From contig CALWEL010000004.1 in NCBI GenBank assembly GCA_944377305.1, positions 19,136-83,135 on the forward strand: DNA of 64,000 nt, given 5' to 3'. This stretch comes from an uncultured Clostridia bacterium. Its GTDB lineage: Bacteria; Bacillota; Clostridia; Christensenellales; UBA1242. Below, one piece after another: positions 60,205 through 64,000 of the stretch. Below the pieces are notes generated by a model, which saw nothing but the letters and a program-made list of their open reading frames with translations, had not been told where the DNA came from and searched no databases. Each line of letters starts with the position of its first letter. Positions within the stretch are counted from its first letter, which is position 1. Position numbers and translations under genes: made by a program.

Positions 60205-60750
60205 ATGTCAAGAATTGGAAAATTACCTATCTCAATACCTAGCGGTGTGACAGTAGAAGTAAAAGACAACATTGTTACAGTCAAAGGTGCCAAAGAGACT
60301 TTATCTCAAGAATATTCAAAGAACGTAACAGTCGAAGTCAAAGACAACGAAGTTATCGTCACTCGCAATGATGACACAAGAGATTCAAATGCAAAACAGG
60401 GCTTGTATCGTCAACTTATAAACAATATGATCATTGGCGTGAAAGATGGATTCAAGAAATCTTTGACAGTGCAAGGAGTTGGTTATAAATTGGCAAAACA
60501 AGGCAAAAAATTAGTAATGAATTTAGGCTTGAGCCATCCAGTAGAATTTGAAGAAATAGAGGGTATCACTCTCGAAGTTCCAGACAATAGCACCATTTTA
60601 GTCAAAGGTGCAAACAAAGAATTGGTTGGCGAAATTGCTGCGAAGATCAGAGCATTGAGACCTGTTGAACCTTATCACGGGTACGGAATTCACTATACGA
60701 ATGAACGTGTAATTCTAAAACCTGGTAAATCTGCAGGCAAGAAAAAGTAG
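60205..60750 (+). CDS. rplF: 50S ribosomal protein L6
   Basis: MSRIGKLPISIPSGV. ATG at 60205 follows AGAGAGGTG; the ORF-track start at 60187 overlaps rpsH and is unlikely. Confidence 0.95.
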   Translation: MSRIGKLPISIPSGVTVEVKDNIVTVKGAKETLSQEYSKNVTVEVKDNEVIVTRNDDTRDSNAKQGLYRQLINNMIIGVKDGFKKSLTVQGVGYKLAKQGKKLVMNLGLSHPVEFEEIEGITLEVPDNSTILVKGANKELVGEIAAKIRALRPVEPYHGYGIHYTNERVILKPGKSAGKKK

Positions 60751-60761
60751 GAGGTTAAGTT

Positions 60762-61130
60762 ATGATTAGTAAGATCAATAAGAATGCTCAACGTGTGAAA
60801 CGTCATATCAAATTACGTCACGACTTAACAGGCACTAGTGTTCGCCCAAGATTGTGCGTATATAGAAGTTTGAATCATATCTATGCACAAATAATCGATG
60901 ATAGCAAAGGCAATACATTAGTTGCTTGCAACACTACTCAAAAAGAAATTCAAGAAAAAGTAAAAGGTATGACAAACAAAGAGCAAGCAAGATATGTAGG
61001 AACTGAAATTGCACGCCTTGCAAAGAAGAAAAAAATCGAAGAAGTTGTATTTGATCGTGGTGGATACCTTTATACAGGAAGAGTGAAAGAACTTGCTGAC
61101 GGCGCTAGAGCTGCTGGCTTGAAATTTTAA
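60762..61130 (+). CDS. rplR: 50S ribosomal protein L18
   Basis: RPRLCVYRSLNHIYAQIID. Confidence 0.95.
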   Translation: MISKINKNAQRVKRHIKLRHDLTGTSVRPRLCVYRSLNHIYAQIIDDSKGNTLVACNTTQKEIQEKVKGMTNKEQARYVGTEIARLAKKKKIEEVVFDRGGYLYTGRVKELADGARAAGLKF

Positions 61131-61139
61131 GGAGAAATT

Positions 61140-61655
61140 ATGGCACAAAAACGTGAATTTAGAAAACCAAGGGTTGAAGAAAAAGACGAATTTGACAAGA
61201 AGATGTTGGACGTAAGACGTGTGACAAAGGTTGTCAAAGGTGGACGTACTATGCGTTTCTCTGCTCTTGTTGTAGTAGGAGATAAAAAAGGTAGAGTGGG
61301 TATGGGCATTGCGAAAGCAAGCGAAGTGCCTACAGCCATTGAAAAAGCAACCAAAGCTGCAAAAAAAGCAGTTGTACTTGTTCCAATCATTGACGGAACA
61401 GTTCCGCACGAAACTATCGGAAAGTTTGCAAAAACTAGTGTAAAAATGCTTCCTTCTAAAAAGGGTAGTGGTTTGATTGCTGGTGGTGCTGCTCGTACAG
61501 TTTTTGAAATGGCAGGGTATACAGACATTAGTGCAAAAATTTATGGTTCTACTGATAAAATCAACGTGGTTAGAGCTACTCTTAATGGACTTAAAGGTAT
61601 GAGGACAAAAGAGCAAGTTGCTATGCTTCGTGGTAAATCAGTTGAAGAAATTTAG
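61140..61655 (+). CDS. rpsE: 30S ribosomal protein S5
   Basis: VTKVVKGGRTMRFSALVVVGD. Confidence 0.95.
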   Translation: MAQKREFRKPRVEEKDEFDKKMLDVRRVTKVVKGGRTMRFSALVVVGDKKGRVGMGIAKASEVPTAIEKATKAAKKAVVLVPIIDGTVPHETIGKFAKTSVKMLPSKKGSGLIAGGAARTVFEMAGYTDISAKIYGSTDKINVVRATLNGLKGMRTKEQVAMLRGKSVEEI

Positions 61656-61663
61656 GAGGACTT

Positions 61664-61861
61664 ATGGCTAAGAAACAAGAAAAGACAATCAAAGTGACAT
61701 TAGTTAAGAGTGCAACAGGCTTTGACAAACGTCAAGCAAAGATTTTGGAAGCATTAGGTTTCAGAAAACTTGGTCAGACTAGAGTTCTTCCAGACAATGA
61801 TTGCATAAGAGGTAGCATCTTCAAAGTAAAACACTTGTTGAAAGTGGAAGAAGACGCATAA
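61664..61861 (+). CDS. rpmD: 50S ribosomal protein L30
   Basis: [24 protein letters not shown]. Confidence 0.95.
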   Translation: MAKKQEKTIKVTLVKSATGFDKRQAKILEALGFRKLGQTRVLPDNDCIRGSIFKVKHLLKVEEDA

Positions 61862-61872
61862 AGGAGAAAATT

Positions 61873-62319
61873 ATGTATATACACGATTTAAAAAATGCAG
61901 AAGGAGAGAAGACCAGCAAAAAAAGACTTGGAAGAGGTATCGGTAGTGGACTTGGCAAAACTTCAGGCAAGGGACACAAGGGTCAGAATGCACGTTCTGG
62001 CGGTGGAGTTCGTCCAGGTTTTGAAGGCGGTCAGAATCCATTATACAGACGAATACCTGCACGTGGATTTAGCAATGCTAAGTTCAAAAAAGTGTATTCA
62101 GTGGTAAATGTGAGCAGTTTAAATAGCTTTGAGCCAAATACCGTAGTTGATGCAGTTAAACTTCTTGAAAGTGGAATTTTATCAAAGATAGAAAAAGACG
62201 GTGTTAAAATTTTAGGCAATGGAGAATTGTCCGTTCCGCTCAAAGTGGTGGCAAACAAATTTACCGCACAAGCGAAAGAAAAAATTACAGCACAGGGTGG
62301 CAGTATAGAGGAGGTATAA
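61873..62319 (+). CDS. rplO: 50S ribosomal protein L15
   Basis: [19 protein letters not shown]. Confidence 0.95.
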   Translation: MYIHDLKNAEGEKTSKKRLGRGIGSGLGKTSGKGHKGQNARSGGGVRPGFEGGQNPLYRRIPARGFSNAKFKKVYSVVNVSSLNSFEPNTVVDAVKLLESGILSKIEKDGVKILGNGELSVPLKVVANKFTAQAKEKITAQGGSIEEV

Positions 62320-63626
62320 TGTTTAAGACATTAGCTGACGCATTTAAAATTAAAGAGGTTAGAAACAAGTTAATTTTGACTTTGGTCTTGCTCTTTGTTT
62401 ATCGTCTTGGCTGTTGGTTGCCGATTCCTGGCATAGACAGTGAAGCATTGGGTGTCAACGTGGAAGATAGCACATTTTTGAGTTTGCTTAGTTCTGTGAG
62501 CGGTGGAGCGCTAGCTCAAGGCTCATTCTTGGCACTCGGTGTATCCCCATATATCACCGCTTCGATAATAATCCAGTTGCTAGCAGCTGTAATCCCTAGT
62601 TGGCAAAGACTTTCAAGAGAAGGCGCTGATGGAAGGAAAAGAATCAGCAAATACACAAAGATTGCAGCATTAATTATCGCACTCGCTCAAGCAATTGGTA
62701 TAGCAGTTGGCTTTGGTACTGCTGGTAGTGCTCAACTAGACATCTTTGGAGGAAATGAATTCGTATGTTATGCCTTCATCGTGACTATGTTGGTAGCTGG
62801 CGCGATGTTTACTGTTTGGCTAGGAGAAAAAATAACTGAAATCGGTATTGGCAATGGTATGTCATTATTGATTTTTGTAGGAATCCTATCCAGTGCGGCT
62901 AGTGCAATTATGGGCAACTTCCAAAATCTATTTGTAGGTGGGGAGACTACTCAAACAGCAATTTGGCAATTAGTATTATTTGTTGTTGCTTTGATCGCAA
63001 TTTTCGCTCTCGTAGTGTTTGTTGACGGGGGAGAAAGAAAGGTCGGAGTGCAATATGCAAAACAGATGAAAGGTAGAAAACTATATGGTGGACAGTCTAC
63101 CTATATCCCTATCAGAGTGAATGCTAACGGCGTTATGCCTATCATATTCGCCAGTGCGTTACTCACATTCCCTCAACTGTTGATGAGCGTATTTGATTCA
63201 GATTCGAGCAGTGGATTCGTTCGCTGGTGGAATACTTGGATCGGCGCAGGAAGTTGGGTTTATGCAGTGTTGCTGGCACTTTTGATACTTGCATTTGCAT
63301 ACTTCTATACTATGATTAACTTTGATACGGACGAGATCAGTAGGCAAATTCAACAAAATGGCGGATTCATACCAGGAATTCGTCCAGGCAAACCAACTTC
63401 TCAATATTTGAGTAGCATTAACAAACGTATCACATTATTTGGTGCAATATTCTTGGCGTTTATGGCACTCATTCCTACCCTTGTGTTCACAGGAATAGGA
63501 GCGGGCGGACTAAATAGTGCATTCAGTGCTACGGGTATGCTGATTGTCGTATCGGTTGCACTTGAGTTCGACAAGCAATTAGAAGCACAAATGATGATGA
63601 AAAATTATAGAGGATTTTTGAAATAG
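62319..63626 (+). CDS. secY: Preprotein translocase subunit SecY
   Basis: 10-TM-type hydrophobic profile, GVSPYITASIIIQLL, operon position, and a TAATG overlap with rplO. Confidence 0.95.
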   Translation: MFKTLADAFKIKEVRNKLILTLVLLFVYRLGCWLPIPGIDSEALGVNVEDSTFLSLLSSVSGGALAQGSFLALGVSPYITASIIIQLLAAVIPSWQRLSREGADGRKRISKYTKIAALIIALAQAIGIAVGFGTAGSAQLDIFGGNEFVCYAFIVTMLVAGAMFTVWLGEKITEIGIGNGMSLLIFVGILSSAASAIMGNFQNLFVGGETTQTAIWQLVLFVVALIAIFALVVFVDGGERKVGVQYAKQMKGRKLYGGQSTYIPIRVNANGVMPIIFASALLTFPQLLMSVFDSDSSSGFVRWWNTWIGAGSWVYAVLLALLILAFAYFYTMINFDTDEISRQIQQNGGFIPGIRPGKPTSQYLSSINKRITLFGAIFLAFMALIPTLVFTGIGAGGLNSAFSATGMLIVVSVALEFDKQLEAQMMMKNYRGFLK

Positions 63627-63634
63627 GGGTGAAA

Positions 63635-64000
63635 ATGAATATTGTTCTATTAGGAATTCAAGGTTCAGGCAAAGGCACTTTGGTGCAAGATTTATCAAAT
63701 CATTTAGATTTCTCACTTGTGTCCGTTGGTGCACTTCTTAGAGAAGAAATTGCTACGGGCTCTGAGTTGGGGAAATTGATAAAATCAAAGACAGACAAAG
63801 GTGAATTGGTTGATATCAAAATCGTCATAGAGACGGTCAACAAAAAGTTATCTCAAAATAGGAAACCTATCGTAATATTTGATGGTTTTCCAAGATCAAA
63901 AGAGCAAGCGGATGAATTGGATAAGATATGCAATGTAGATCTAGCGATCTATCTTGATCTGAAAAAAGAAGATGCAATAAAACGCATTATGAATAGATTA
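63635..64000 (+). CDS. adk: Adenylate kinase (3' end beyond the window)
   Basis: Hand translation gives MNIVLLGIQGSGKGT...FDGFPRSKEQADELD. It follows secY as in spc operons. Confidence 0.9.
   Translation, partial: MNIVLLGIQGSGKGTLVQDLSNHLDFSLVSVGALLREEIATGSELGKLIKSKTDKGELVDIKIVIETVNKKLSQNRKPIVIFDGFPRSKEQADELDKICNVDLAIYLDLKKEDAIKRIMNRL

Noticed and set aside
60918-61616. 232-aa and 133-aa minus-strand ORFs opposite rplR and rpsE. Similar ones lie opposite other ribosomal genes (54110-54893, 55284-56250, 57880-58472, 59422-59931).
   Set aside because: They are antisense to highly conserved ribosomal protein genes, have low-complexity translations and no expression signals.
1-64000. Alternative genetic code (TGA read as Trp or Gly), considered because of the low GC content.
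   Set aside because: TGA terminates murC at a normal length (46426-46428) and the 792-aa gene (3533-3535). All conserved genes are full-length under the standard code.
1-64000. CRISPR arrays, tRNA or rRNA genes, transposases, integrases or prophage genes.
   Set aside because: I found no regularly spaced direct repeats, no cloverleaf-compatible sequence in the spacers I read, and no recombinase-like translation in the ORF track. This is a by-eye scan, so small RNAs could have been missed.

Overview
This is a 64-kb chromosomal window from a low-GC bacterium that uses the standard genetic code. TGA ends murC and the 792-aa gene. It looks like a Bacillota/Clostridia-type organism, because it carries spoIIID, spoVG, comFC, recD2, murC, a Gram-positive-style L10 leader and near-consensus sigma-A promoters.

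Content in order:
1. The 3' end of a GLUG-repeat surface-protein gene, followed by a translationally coupled sipW and four TasA/camelysin-like paralogues.
2. A minimal SufC/SufB pair, then spoIIID and ttcA, which sit in very AT-rich spacers.
3. One uninterrupted 21,216-nt ORF (7,071 aa). It encodes a lipobox-anchored protein with Ig-like segments and GLUG/beta-helix modules, a membrane hairpin near the C-terminus and a Tyr-rich tail.
4. A lipoprotein gene, and an isolated rplJ-rplL unit with leader and attenuator.
5. A complete 24-codon micro-gene, and a HipA-like kinase followed by a HipS-like small ORF.
6. comFC, recD2, an orphan gene, a second complete GLUG protein (1,084 aa), spoVG, murC, rpmE-prmC-prfA, an orphan gene, a small hypothetical gene, an RNHCP gene and a putative amidohydrolase.
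7. The S10-spc ribosomal cluster from rpsJ through secY and the start of adk.

I recognised no tRNA, rRNA, CRISPR array, transposase or integrase. The most unusual content is the giant ORF, the GLUG/SipW/TasA-like surface gene set, the rearranged Hip-like pair, the micro-gene, and four genes whose promoters abut the start codon and so look leaderless. All family assignments come from reading motifs in the translations by eye. No database search was possible.
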